From Mobula hypostoma (Eukaryota), in NCBI RefSeq assembly GCF_963921235.1, contig NC_086098.1, positions 558,001-622,000 of the forward strand: 64,000 bases of DNA, written 5' to 3'. How positions within the stretch are numbered: the first letter of the stretch is position 1; each line of letters starts with the position of its first letter. The notes beneath the pieces are model-generated. The model was not told the origin of the DNA. It ran no database searches and was given only the letters and a program-made list of their open reading frames with translations. A program made the position numbers and the translations under genes. This document shows, one piece after another, positions 50,446 to 63,870 of the stretch.

Positions 50446-50719
50446 TTCTGTCTCCTATCAGTTAATACACAGCTCTCCCAAAACTAATATAGAAGAAAAC
50501 AGCACAGGAATAGGGCATTTAAGCTACAATGTTGTGCTGAACCAGCTAAAAAGCAAATCAAAAATACCCAAACAGTAATCCCTCCTACCTACACCACGTT
50601 CATATCCCTTTATCCTCCTTACATCCACGTGCCTATCCAAACGTCTCTTAAAAGCCTCTAATGCATTTGCCTCTGCCACCACACCAGGCAGTGCATTCCA
50701 GGCATTGACAAGGCCCCAA

Positions 50720-50838
50720 TCACAAACAACAGAAAATCTGCAAATGCTGGAAATCTGAGCATCACACACAAAATGCTGGAGGAAATCAGCAGGTCAGAAA
50801 TGTCGATTGTACTCTTTTCCCAGATGCTGCCTGGCCTG
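50720..50838. mobile_element. Old PLE module in inverted arrangement (continues 53536-53567)
   Basis: Minus piece TCTGCAAATGCTGGAAAT..CAGCAGGTCAG abuts plus piece AAATGTCGATTGTACTC..GATGCTGCCTGGCCTG. Confidence 0.6.
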
Positions 50839-53535
50839 TTGGTGAGGAATGAGATTCAGTCCCTTACAAGGGGGGACATAGAATCAGGAGAAGTAGAGTC
50901 AGTGTGGATAGAACTGAGGAACAGTAAGGGCAAAAAGACCCAAATAGGTGTTATCTAATGGCCCCCAAACAGTAGCATGGATATTGGGTGCAAGTTGAAT
51001 AGGGAGTTAACAATGGCATGTGGCAAAGGAAGTGTTGCAGTAGTTATGGGGGATTTCAACATGCAGGTGAACTGGGAAAATCAGGTTGGTACTGGACCCC
51101 TGGATAGGGAATGTGTAGAGTGCCTACGGGATGCATTTTTGGAGCAGCTTGAACGAGAGCCGACCAGGGATAAGGCTATTCTGGATTTAGTGTTGTGCAA
51201 TGAACAGGATTTGATAAGTAATCTTGAAGTAAAGGAGCCATTAGGAGGTAGTGACCATAATATGATAAGTTTTTATCTGCAAGTTGAGAGGGATAAGGGC
51301 AGATCGGAAGTGTCAGTATTGCAGTTGAACAAAGGAGACTATGGAGCCATGAGGGAGGAGCTGGCCAAAGTTGACTGGTCGGATATCCTAGCAGAAAAGA
51401 CAGTGGAACAGCAATGGCAGGTATTCTTGGGAATAATGCACAAGGTGCAAAATCAGTTCATCCCCCGGAGAAGGAAGGATTCAAAGGGGGGAAAGTGACC
51501 ACAGTGGTTGACAAAGGAAGTCAGAGATAGCATAGCATGAAAAAAGAAGTGTAACAGAGCTAAGGTGAGTGGGAAGACGGATGATTGGGCAATTTTTAAG
51601 GAGCAACAGAACTTAACTAAAAAGGCAATATGGGGAGAAAAAATGAGGTATGAACGCAAGCTAGCGAGGAATATAAAGGAGGATAGCAAAAGTTTTTTTT
51701 AGGTATGTGAAGAGAAGGAAGATAGTTAAGAACAATGTTGGGCACTTGAAGAATGAATTGGGAGAAATTGTTATGGGAAACAGAGAAATGGCAGACGAAT
51801 TTAATAAGTACTTTGGATCTGTCTTCACTAGGGAAGACACAAACAATCTCCCAGATGTATGGATGGGCCAAGGACATAGGGTAACAGAGGAACTGAAACA
51901 GATTGACATTAGGAAGGAAACGGTGATGAGTAGACTGATGGGACTGAAGGCTAACAAATCCCCAGGTCCAGATGGTCTGCATCCTAGGGTACTAAAGGAG
52001 GTGGCTCTGAAAATTGCGGATGCATTAGTGATCATTTTCCAATGTTCCTTAGATTCAGGATCAGTTCCTGAGGATTGGCGAATGGCTAATGTTATCCCAC
52101 TTTTTAAGAAAGGAGAGAGGGAGAAAACAGAGAACTATCGCCCTGTTAGCCTAACATCAGTAGTGGGGAAGATGCTAGAGTCCATTATTAAAGATGAAAT
52201 AGCAGCGTATCTTGATAGCAGTGATAGGGTTCGGCTGAGCCAGCATGGATTTACCAAGGGGAAATCATGCTTGACTAATCTATTGGAGTTTTTCGAGGAT
52301 GTAACCAGGAAGATAGACGCAGGAGATCCAGTGGATGTGGTGTACCTTGACTTTCAGAAGGCATTTGATAAGGTACCACATAGGAGATTGGTGGGTAAAA
52401 TCAGAGCTCATGGCATTGGGGGGAGGATATTGACATGGATAGAAAATTGGTTGGCAGATAGAAAGCAAAGGGTAGCAGTGAATGGGTGTTTCTTGGAATG
52501 GCAGGTGGTGACAAGTGGGGTGCCACAGGGCTTGGTATTGGGACCTCAGCTGTTTACGATTTACGTCAATGATTTAGAGGAAGGCATTGTGAATAACAAC
52601 AGCAAGTTTGCTGATGATACTAAGCTGGGTGGCAGTGTGACATGTGATGAGGATGTTAGGAGAATTCAAGGTGACTTGGATAGGCTGGGTGAGTGGGCAG
52701 AAACTTGGCAGATGGCGTTCAATGTGAATAAGTGTGAGGTTATTCACTTTGGGAGCAAGAACAGGAAGGCAGATTATTATCTGAACGGTGTGGAGCTAGG
52801 TAAGGGAGAAATACAAAGAGATCTAGGAGTACTTGTTCATCAGTCTCTGAAGGTGAATGAGCAAGTGCAGCAGGCAGTGAAGAAGGCTAATGGAATGTTG
52901 GCCTTTATTACAAAGGGAATTGAGTACAAGAGCAAGGAAATCCTTTGCATTTGTACAGGGCCCTGGTGAGACCACACCTGGAGTATTGTGTGCAGTTTTG
53001 GTCTCCAGGGTTAAGGAAGGACATCCTGGCTGTGGAGGAGGTGCAGTGTAGATTCACTAGGTTAATTCCTGGGATGTCCGGACTGTCTTACGCAGAGTGG
53101 TTAGAGAGACTGGGCTTGTACATGCTGGAGTTAAGGAGATTGAGGGGGGATCTGATTGAGACATGTAAGATTATTAAGGGATTGGACAAGATAGAGGCAG
53201 GAAATATGTTCCAGATGCTGGGAGAGCCCAGTACCAGAGGGCATGGTTTAAGAATAAGGGGTAGATCATTTAGGACAGTGTTGAGGAGGAACTTCTTCTC
53301 CCAGAGAGTTATGGAAGTATGGAACGCGCTGCCTCAGAAGGCAGTGGAGGCCAATTCTCTGGATGCTTTCAAGAAGGAGCTAGATAGGTATCTTATGGAT
53401 CGGGGAATCAAGGGTTATGGGGACAAGGCAGGAACTGAGTATTGATAGTAGTTGATCAGCCATGATCTCAGAATGGCGGTGCAGGCTCGAAGGGCCGAAT
53501 GGTCTAGTTCTGCACCTATTGTCTATTGCCTACTG
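50839..53535 (+). mobile_element. 5'-truncated CR1 LINE (most of ORF2)
   Basis: ORFs 50977..51498, 51707..52969, 52945..53445; (CTATTGT) tail. Confidence 0.93.
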
Positions 53536-53814
53536 CCTACTGAGTTTCTCCAGCATTTGGTATGTGATCCAGGAGCCACCCTCAGGTGAATGCCCGCTGG
53601 TATCAGACACTTAAACCCTGAGAAACAGATACTTCTTGTCCATTCTATCTATGCTTCTCATAATCTTAGAAATCTCTATCAGCCTCTGGCACTCCAGACA
53701 AAACAACTCAAGTTTAATCAGATTCTCATGATAGCACCTGCCCTCTAAACCAGGCAGCATCCTGGTAAACCTCTTCTACACCCTTTCCAGAGCCTCAACA
53801 TCCTTTCTATAGTA

Positions 53815-56800
53815 GGATGTTGACAGGGGACACCCACGGTGATCAGGTCTGTGGCACTGAGCCTGGCGCTGTTGTGCAGGAGGGAAGGAGGGAGAAGAGG
53901 AATGCAGTAGTCATAGGGGATTCCGCAGTCTGGGGAATGGACAGGAGATTCTGTGAGCCTGATAGAGATACCCGCATGGTGTGTTGCCGCCCAGGTGCCA
54001 GGGTACGCGATGTCTTGGATCGGGTCCAGAATATTCTGAAGGGAGAGGGCAAGCAGCCAGTTGTCTTGGTACATGTTGGTACCAATGACATAGATAGGAC
54101 AAAGGAGGAGGTCCTGAAGAGAGATTTCTGGGAGTTAGGAAGGAAGCTGAGCAGCAGGACCTCCAGGGTAGTAATCTCGGGATTGCTACCTGTGCCACGT
54201 GCTAGCAAGGCAAGAATAGTAGGATCAGGCAGATGAATGCGTGGCTGAGAGACTGGTGCAGGGGGCAGGGCTTCAGATTCTTGGATAATTGGGATCTCTT
54301 CTGGGGGAAGTTTGGCCTGTTCAAAAAGGACAGGTTACACCTGAACCCAAAAGGGACCAATATCCTGGTGGGAAGGTTTAATAGAGCTGTTAGGGAGGGT
54401 TTAAACTAATTTGGCAGAGGGATGGGAACCGGAATGATAGAGCGAAGGAAGGGGAAAACAGAAATAAATCTAAGATAGTGAGCAGTAAAGATGTCAGGAA
54501 TGACAGGCAGGTGATGGGGCAAATTTGTAGCCATTGGGATGAGTTGCAGTGCAATAAAGTTGCAATGAAATCAAAGCGAAAAGTACCAAATACTGGTCTT
54601 AAGGTGTTATACTTAAATGCACGCAGCATAAGGAATAAAGTGGATGATCTTGTCGTACAGCTACAGATTGGCAGGTTTGATATTGTGGCCATCACAGAGA
54701 CCTGGCTAAAGGATGCATGTCTCTGGGAGCTGAACGTCCAAGGATACACAGTGTATCGGAAAGATAGGAAGGTAGGCAGAGGGGGAGATGTGGCTTTATT
54801 AGTAAGAAATGATATTAAATCATTAGAAAGAGGTGATATGGGATCGGAAGGTGCAGAATCTTTATGGGTTGAGCAAAGAAATCGCAGGGGTAAAAGGACC
54901 CTGATGGCAGTTATTTATAGGCCTCCAAACAGCTGCAGTGATGTGGACTACAAATTACAACAGGAAATAGAAAAGGCTTCTCAGAAGGGCAGTGTTATGA
55001 TAATTGTGGGGGATTTTAACATGCGAGTGGATTGGGAAAATCAGGTCGGCACTGGATCTCAAGAGAGAGAATTTGTAGAATGTCTGCAAGATGGCTTTTT
55101 AGAACAGCTTGTTGTTGAGAACACTAGGGCATCGGCTGTACTGGATTGGGTATTGTGTAATGAACCAGAGGTGATGAGAGAGATTGAGGTGAAGGAACCC
55201 TTAAGAGGCAGTGTTCACAACATGATTGAATTCACTGTGAAATTTGAAAAAGAGAAGCAGAAATCTGATGTGTCGGTATTTCAGTGGAGTAAAGGAAATT
55301 ACTGTGGCATGAGAGAGGAAATGGCCAAAGTTGACTGGAAAGGGACATTGGTGGGTAAGAAGGCAGAGCAGCATTGGCTGGAGTTTATGCGAGACGTGAG
55401 GAAGGTGCAAGACAGGTATATTCCAAAAAAGAAGTTTTCAAATGGAAGAAGGATGCAACCATAGTTGACAAGAGTTGTCCAATTTTGTCCAAATCTCCAA
55501 GTTTGCGGATGACACGAAGCTGGGTGGCAGTGTTCGCTGTGAGGAGGATGCTAAGAGGATGCAGGGTGACTTGGATAGGTTAGGTGAGTGGGCAAATTCA
55601 TGGCAGATGCAATTTAATGTGGATAAATGTGAGGTTATCCACTTTGGTGGCAAGAACAGGAAAACAGATTATTATCTGAATGATGGCCGATTAGGAAAAG
55701 GGGAGGTGCAACGAGACCTGGGTGTCACTATACACCAGTCATTGAAAGTTGGCATGCAGGTACAGCAGGCGGTGAAAAAGGCAAATGGTATGCTGGCATT
55801 CATAGCAAGAGGATTCGAGTACAGGAGCGGGGAGGTTCTACTGCAGTTGTACAAGGCCTTGGTGAGATCGCACCTGGAGTATTGTGTGCAGTTTTGGTCC
55901 TCTAATCTGAGGAAAGACATCCTTGCCATAGAGGGAGTACAAAGAAGGTTCACCAGATTGGTTCCCGGGATGGCAGGACTTGCATATGATGAAAGACTGG
56001 ATCGATTAGGCTTGTGTTCTCTGGAATTCAGAAGATTGAGGGGGGATGTGATGGAAACATATAAAATCCTAAAGGTATTGGACAGGCGAGATGCAGGAAG
56101 ATTGATCCCGATGTTGGGGAAGTCCAGAACGAGAGGTTACAGTTTGAGGATAAAGGAGAAGCCTTTTAGGACCGAGATGAGGAGAAACTTCTTCACAGAG
56201 AATGGTGAATCTGTGGAATTCTCTGCCACAGGAAACAGTTGAGGCCAGTTCATTGGCTATATTTAAGAGGGAATTGGATATGGCCCTTGTGGCTAAAGGG
56301 ATCAGGGGGTATGGAAAGAAGGGCAGGTACAGGGTTCTGAGTTGGATGATCAGACATGATCGTACTGAATGGCGATGCAGGCTCGAAGGGAGGACTGGCC
56401 TACTCCTGCACCTATTTTCTACGTTTCTAAGTCAAAGCCAAAGTTAAAGCAAAGGAGAGGGCATACAAGGAAGCAAAAATTAGTGGTAAGACAGAGGATT
56501 GGATAGTTTTTAAAAGCTTACAAAAGGAAACCAAGAAGGTCATTAAGAGGGAAAAAATGAACTATGAAAGGGAGCTAGCAAATAATATCAAAGAGGAAAC
56601 TAAAAGCTTTTTCAAGTATATAAATATTAAAAGACAGGTGAGAGTAGATATAGGACCGATAGAAAATGATGCTGGAGAAATTGTAATGGGAAATAAGGAG
56701 ATGGCAGAGGAATTGAACGAGTATTTTGCATCAGTCTTCACTGAGGAAGACATCGACAGTATACCAGACACTCAAGGGTGGCAGGGAAGAGAAGTGTGCG

Positions 56801-58440
56801 CAGTCACAATTATGACAGAGAAGGTACTCAGGAAGCTAAATAGTCTAAGGGTAGATAAATCTCCCGGACCAGATGGAATGCACCCGCGTGTTCTGAAGGA
56901 AGTAGATGTGGAGATTGTGGAGGCATTAGTGATGATCTTTCAAAAGTCAATAGATTCTGGCATGGTTCTGGAGGACTGGAAGATTGCAAATGTCACTCCG
57001 CTATTTAAGAAGGGGGCAAGGAAGCAAAAAGGAAATTATAGACCTGTTAGCATGACATCGGTGGTTGGGAAGTTGTTGGAGTCGATTGTCAAGGATGACG
57101 TTACGGAGTACCTGGAGGCGTATGACAAGATAGGCAGAACTCAGCATGGATTCCTTAAAGGAAAATCCTGCCTGACAAACCTATTACAATTTTTTAAGGA
57201 AATTACAAGTAGGCTAGACAAGGAAGATGCAGTGGATGTTGTATATTTGGATTTTCAGAAGGCCTTTGACAAGGTTTCACACATGAGGCTGCTTAACAAG
57301 ATAAGAGCCCATGGAATTATGGGAAAGTTACATACGTGGATAGCGCATTGGCTGATTGGCAGGAGGCTGAGAGTGGGAATAAAGGGATCCTATTCTGGTT
57401 GGCTGCCGGTTACCAATGGTTTTCCAATGGGTCCGTGTTGGGGCCGCTTCTTTTTACATTGTACATCAACGATTTGGATTACGGAATAGATGGGTTTGTG
57501 GCTAAGTTTGCTGATGATACGAAGATAGGTGGAGGGGCCGGTACTGCTGAGGAAATGGAGAGTCTGCAGAGAGACTTGGATAGATTGGGAGAATGGGCAA
57601 AGAAGTGACAAATGAAATACAATGTTGGAAAGTGTATGGTTATGCACTTTGGCAGAAGAAATAAACGGGCAGACTATTATTTAAATGGGGAAAGAATTCA
57701 AAGTTCTGAGATGCAACGGGACTTTTGGAGTCCTCGTACAGGATACCCTTAAAGTTAACCTCCAGGTTGAGTCGGTGGTGAAGAAGGCGAATGCAAGGTT
57801 GGCATTCATTTCTCGAGGAATAGAGTATAGGAGCAGGGATGTGATGTTGAGGCTCTATAAGGCGCTGGTGAGACCTCACTTGGAGTACTGAGGGCAGTTT
57901 TGGTCTCCCTATTTAAGAGAGGATGTGCTGACGTTGGATAGAGTACAGAGAAGATTTACTAGAATGATTCTGGGAATGAGAGGGTTAACATATGAGGAAC
58001 GTTTGTCTGCTCTTGGATTGTATTCCTTGGAGTTTAGAAGAATGAGCGGGGACCTCATAGAAACATTTCGAATGTTGAAAGGCATTTACAGAGTGGATGT
58101 GGCAAAGTTGTTTCCCATGATGGGGGAGTCTAGTACGAGAGGGCATGACTTAAGGATTGAAGGGCACGCATTCAGAACAGCGATGCGAAGAAAATTTTTT
58201 AGCCAGATGGTGGTGAATCTATGGAATTTGTTGCCACGGGCGGCAGTGGAGGCCAAGTCGTTGGGTGCATTTAAGGCAGAGATTGATAGATATCTGAGTA
58301 GCCAGGGCATCAAAGGTTATGGTGAGAAGGCAGGGGTGTGAGACTAAATGGGAGAATGGATCAGCTCATGATAAAATGGCGGAGCAGCCTCAATGGGCTG
58401 AATGGCCGACATCTGCTCCTCTGTCTTATGGTCTTATGAC
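53815..58440 (+). mobile_element. CR1 LINE truncated within ORF1, split by the insert 55475-56428
   Basis: GDS..GTND esterase, GGTTTAAACTAA junction, ORFs 54478..55464 and 56557..58341; rejoins TTGACAAGAG/AAGTCAAAGCC; TCTTATGG tail. Confidence 0.9.
55475..56428 (+). mobile_element. CR1 3' fragment
   Basis: ISKFADDTK...; tail TTTCTACGTTTCTA. Confidence 0.88.
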
Positions 58441-58639
58441 GAGTAGAACTATATGCAATACTCCAGATGTGACCTAACCAGAGTTTTGTAAAGTTCCAAT
58501 GTAAACTCCTGACTTTTGAACTCAATGACTCGATATAGGAGATTAGTGGGCAAAATTAGGGCACATGGTATTGGGGGCAGAGTACTAACATGGATTGAAA
58601 ATTGGCTGGCTGACAGGAAACAAAGAGTAGCGATTAATT

Positions 58640-58818
58640 AGGAAGAGGTACAGTCGACGTTTCGGGCCAAGACTCTTCATTAGGTCCTGACAAAGGGTCT
58701 TGGCCTGAAACGTCAACTGTACCTCTTCCTAGAGATGCTGCTTGGCCTGCTGCGTTCACCAGCAAAGTTGATGTGTGTTGCTTGAATTTTGAGCATCTGC
58801 AGAATTCCTCATGTTTAC
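58640..58818. mobile_element. PLE hammerhead module with an inverted 5' copy
   Basis: 13-bp TSD GTAGC(G/A)ATTAATT (58627-58639, 58819-58831); imperfect palindrome 58639-58731. Confidence 0.88.
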
Positions 58819-59128
58819 GTAGCAATTAATTGGTCCCTTTCGGAATGGTAGACGGTGATCAGTGGGGTACCGCAGGATTCAGTGCTGGGACTGCAGCTGT
58901 TTACAATTTACATTAATGATTTAGATGAAGGGATTAAAAGTAACATGAGCAAATTTGCAGATGATGCAAAACTGGGTGTCAGTGTGAAATTTGAGGAGGA
59001 TGTTATGAGAATGCAGGTTGAATTGGACAGGCTGGGTGAGTGAGCGGATGCATGGCAGATGCAGTTTAATGTGGATAAATATGAGGTTATCTACTTTGGT
59101 GATAAGAACAGGAAGGCAGATTATTATC

Positions 59129-59769
59129 GAGATTAGATTAGATTAGATTATGAAGACGCGTAGTCCTCTTTTATTGTCATTTAGTAATGCATGCATTAAG
59201 AAATGATACAATATTTCCTCTGGTGTGATATCACAAAACACAGGACAGGCCAAGACTGAAAAAACTGACAAAACCACATAATTATAACATATAGTTACAA
59301 CAGTGCAACAATACCATAACTTGATGAAGAAGTCCATGAGCACAGTAAAAGTTCAAAGTCTCTCAAATGTCCCACATCTCACGCAGACAGGAGAAGGAAG
59401 AAAAACACTGACCACGGTCCGACTCTGAGTCATCCGAAAACTTCGAGATCTGATCAGCTCTCCGACACCGAGTACTGAGCGCCATCTCTGTCCGAACGAT
59501 TCGACCTCAACCTCGGTTGCCAACAGCAGGCATAGCCGGGGATTTTGAGGCCTACCCCCCGAAATATTCCCGACCACGCAGTAACGACAGCAGTGGACGA
59601 GCATTTCAGAAATATCTCCAGATGTTCCTCTGTGCTTTCACGTCCATTCTCCATCAAATCAGAATTGTCCACGGCCCCTATTTAACAGATACGATGTCAT
59701 TTTTCACCGGAGGGCTGCGCACGCACAGGCGCGCTGCTCTCTCTCCTCCCGTCAACTCATCACGTTAGA
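59129..59769 (-). mobile_element. Unclassified non-coding retroposon with AATAAA and (CTAAT)n tail
   Basis: Interrupts CR1 at GATTATTATC/TAAATAGAGTC; CpG-rich 5' part; LINE-like 3' end. Confidence 0.65.
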
Positions 59770-60534
59770 CTAACTTGACTAAATAGAGTCAAGTTAGGAA
59801 AAGGGGAAGTACAATGAGATCAAGGTGTTCTTGTTCATCAGTCGCTGAAAGCAAGCATGCAAGTACAGCAGGCAGTGCAGAAAGCTAATGGCATGCTGGC
59901 CTTCATAACAAGGGGAATTGAGTATAGGAGCAAAGAGGTCCTTCTGCAGCTGTACAGGGCCCTGGTGAGACCACACCTGGAGTACTGTGTGCAGTTTTGG
60001 TCTCCAAATTTGAGGAAGGACATTCTTGCTATTGGGGGAGTGCAGTGTAGGTTCACAAGGTTAATTCCCAGGATGGTGGGACTGTCATATGTTGAAAGAT
60101 TGGAGCGACTGGGCTTGTATACTCTGGAATTTAGAAGGCTGAGAGCAGATCTTATTGAAACATATAAGATTATTAAGCAATTGGACAGGCTGGAGGCAGG
60201 AAGCATGTTCCCGCTGATGGGTGAGTCCAGAACCAGAGGCCACAGTTTAAGAATAAGGGGTAGGCCATTTAGAATGGAGTTGAGGAAAAACTTTATCACC
60301 CAGAGAGTAGTGAATGTATGGAATGCTCTGCCCCAGAAGGCAGTGGAGGCCAAGTCTCTGGATGCTTTCAAGAAAGAGATGGATAGAGCTCTTAAAGATA
60401 GCGGAATCAAAGGTTATGGGGATAAGGCAGGAACTGGATACTGATTGCGGATGATCAGCCATGATCACAGTGAATGGCAGTGCTGGCTCGAAGGGCCGAA
60501 TGGCCTACTCCTGCACCTACTGTCTATTGTCTAA

Positions 60535-61180
60535 TAAAAACTAGCATTCCATATGTCTTCTTAACCATCTTATTGACATTTGTAGCCACTTTCAAGGAGC
60601 TATGAATTTGGATCGCAAGGTCTTTCTGCTCAGCAACACTGTTAAGGAACTTGCCCTTAACAGTCTACTGTCTCATTCTATTTGCCCTACTAGGATGCAA
60701 CACCTCACATTTATCTGGGTTAAACTCCATCTGCCATTTCTCAGCCCATATCTGCAACTGATCTATATCGTGCTTTTTTTTTGCCAGTCTTTTATACTAT
60801 TCATAACTCCACCAATCTTGGTGTCATCCACAAATTTACCAACCCACCCATCTATGTTTTTATCCAGGTCATTTATATACATCACAAACAGCAGAGGTCC
60901 CAGTACAGATCTCCGTAGAACTCCACTGACTACAAACCTCCAGCTCAAATAAGTCCTTCAACCACTACCCTTTGTCTTCCATGTGCAAGCCAATTCACCA
61001 TGGATCCCAAGCATTTAATTTTCTGGATTACCCTCCCATGAGGAACTTTATCAAATGCCTTATTAAAATCCATGTGGACAACATCCACTGCCCTGCCCTC
61101 ATCAATCTGTCTCGCCACCTTTTTAAAAACTCAATCAAGTTTGTAAGGCACAGCTTGCCACACACAAAGCCATGCTGGCT
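60535..61180 (-). mobile_element. Decayed CR1 RT fragment
   Basis: [29 protein letters not shown]. Confidence 0.8.
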
Positions 61181-61199
61181 CTCCAACGGCCCAGTCAGT

Positions 61200-62500
61200 G
61201 GCAGGAGCATGCCACAGTGATGAGGCTTCTTGTAGGTTGGCGACGCTTGTTTAAAAGGAGAGCTTCATGGGAATTCAGGCTCATTCCAACGGCCCAATCA
61301 GCGGTAGGACCAGGCCACAGCAACAAGATTTCTTACAGGTTGGAGACACTTGTTTAAAAATACAGAAAGACCAAGCGGGCAGCCATTATTGGGAGTAGGC
61401 CAGTGGTGAGAGTATGAGTGTCAGACTTTGGCTCAAAAGAGGTGTTGGCTCTGGGTAAGCTTCTGTTAAGGTTCTCTTTTTTTCCCCCCTTACTGTACCT
61501 AGTGTAGTAACTGCCTGTTGGGTGTTCTTCATGCTGCATGTTAGAGACCTGGGAGGCCCAGATTCTCCCAGGGAACTGAATCTGCATGAAGTGCATGCAG
61601 CTGCAGCTCCTTAAAAACCATTTTAAGGATTTGGAACAGCAGTTGGATGACCTCAGGGGAACAGACAGGAGATTCTGTGGATGTGAAAGGGATGTATGTT
61701 GCCTCCCAGGTGCCAGGGTTAGGGGTGTCTCGCATTGCGTTCACACATTTTCGAAAGGGAGGGAAAGTAGGGTACTAATGACATAGGAAGGAATAGCAAA
61801 GAGGTCCTGAAAAGTGAGTTTAGAGAGCTGGGTAGGAAGTTGAGAAGCAGGACCTCTTGAGTAGTAATTTCTGGATGGCTGCCTGTGCCACTCGCTGGAG
61901 AGGGTAGAATCAGGATGATTTGGCAAATTAATGCATTGCTGAGTAGCTGGTGCAGTGTGCAGGGGGCAGGGCTTCAGGTTCCTGGATCTTTGGGATCTCT
62001 TCTGGGGAAGGTATGTCCTGTTCAAAGGTGATGGGTTACACCTGAACTTGAGGGGACCAATATTCTCAGAATATTGCTGGGGAGGGTTTAAGCTAATTTG
62101 GCAGGTGGTTGGGAATGGGAGTGATGGGACTCAGGATAGGACGGATGGTAAAAAAAAGCAAAGGTAATGTGCATTCAGACTGACAGGATGAGCAGGCAGA
62201 TGATAGGACATAATTGCAGTCAGCAGAGTGAGTATCAGTGCATAAACGATGCAGAATCAGAAAGGATAGCAAATATAGTACTCAAAGTGTGATATCTCAA
62301 TGCACAGTATCAGAAATAAGGTAGATGATCTTATTGCATCATTACAGATTGTCATGTAGGATGTTGTGATCATCACTGAATCGTGTCTGAAGGATGGTTG
62401 TAGTCGGGAGCTAAATGTCCAGGGTTACACATCGTATCGGAGGAATAGGAAGGTTGGCAGAGGGGATGGTGTGGCTCTGCTGGTAAAGAATGGCATCATA
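61200..62500 (+). mobile_element. Decayed CR1 5'UTR, ORF1 and EN start
   Basis: CMKCMQLQLL, CCLPGARV, DGLHLN, GGTTTAAGCTAA junction. Confidence 0.8.
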
Positions 62501-63870
62501 GAAGATAGAAATTGAAAACATAGAACATAGGATGGAGAACATAAAATTCTACAGCACATTACAGGACCTTTGGCCCTAAATGTTGTGCCAACCATGTAAC
62601 ATACTCTAGAAACTGTCAAAAATTACCCTACTGCATAGCCCTCTATTTCTTCAAGCTCTATCTGAGTCTCTCAAAAGACCCAGTTGTATCTGCCTCCACC
62701 ATCCTCACCGCACACCCACCACTTGTTGCTTTTTCGTGTCCACAGGATTGCCTATCTGTCCCCCTAACTATAAAGTTCCCTATTACCACTACCACCTTTT
62801 TCATTTCCCTACCCTTCTGAGCCACAGGGCCGGACTCAGTGCCAGAGGCATGGCCAATGTTGCTTCCCCCGGGTAGGTCATCACCCCCAACAACACTCAA
62901 TATGGAGTACTTGTTGAGGGGGACGGCCACAGGGGTTCTCTCCACTACCTGATGCCCTCCTTTCCCTCTCCACTACCTGATGCCCTCCTTTCTCCTCCCA
63001 AGATCACCCACTTGTCTGTCTCCTGTGACCCTGGGGTGACTATCTGCCTCTTGCTCTTGTCTATCACATCCTCACTCTCCCTAACATGTGGAAGGTCATC
63101 GAGCTGCATCTCCAGTTCCCTAACTCGGTCTCTAAGGAGCTAAATCTCGATGCACTTGGTGCAGATGTGGCATCAGGGAGACTGGAAGTCTCCTGGACAT
63201 CCCACTCTGACACCCAGAACAGAAAACTAGCCGCACAGTCTTATCCACTATTCTTCTTGGAGGGGAAAAAAAAGTAACCTACCTGGTCTAGGCCATTCCT
63301 TGTTGAAGCCCCGATGAGCCAAAACCACAAGATCATAAAACCATAAGATATAGGAGCAGAAGTAGGCATTTGGCCCATCGAGTCTGCTCTGCCATTTAAT
63401 GGCGGGCTGATCCAATTCTTCCAGTCATTCCCACTCTCCTGCTTTTGCCCCATGCCCTTTGATGCCTTGGCTAATCAAGAACCTATCTCTGCCTTAAATA
63501 CACCCAATGACTTGGCCTCCACAGCCACTCATGGCAACAAATTCCACAGACTTACTATCCTCTGACAAGCAGCCAGCCAAAATAGGATCCCTTTTTTCCC
63601 TCTCTCTGCTTTTTGCCAACCAGCCAACACTCCACCCGTGCTAGTAACTTCCCTGTAATTCCATGGGCTCTTATTTTGCTAAGCAGCCTCATGTGCGGCA
63701 CCCTGTCAAAGGCCTTCTGAAAATCCAAGTATACCACATCTACTGCATCTCCTTTGTCTAGCCTACTTGTAATTTCCTCAAAGAATTGCACTAGGTTTGT
63801 CAGGCAGGATTTTCCTTTCAGGAAACCATGCTGGCTTTGGCCTATCTTGTCATGTGCCTCCAGGTATTCC
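62500..63870 (-). mobile_element. Series of CR1 fragments (3' tail, ORF1/5'UTR, 3' tail, RT piece)
   Basis: Tails at ~62510 and ~63330; VAVPLNKYSIL..VIGN; SQHGFLKGKSCLTNL. Confidence 0.78.

Larger units (their letters stand above)
58535..60533 (+). mobile_element. CR1 3' portion with two nested inserts
   Basis: SGVPQDSVLG..KFADD; ORF 59857..60444; TCTATTGTCT tail. Confidence 0.88.

Noticed and set aside
59131..59150. (GATTA)n as telomere-like repeat
   Set aside because: It is the short microsatellite tail of the adjacent retroposon.
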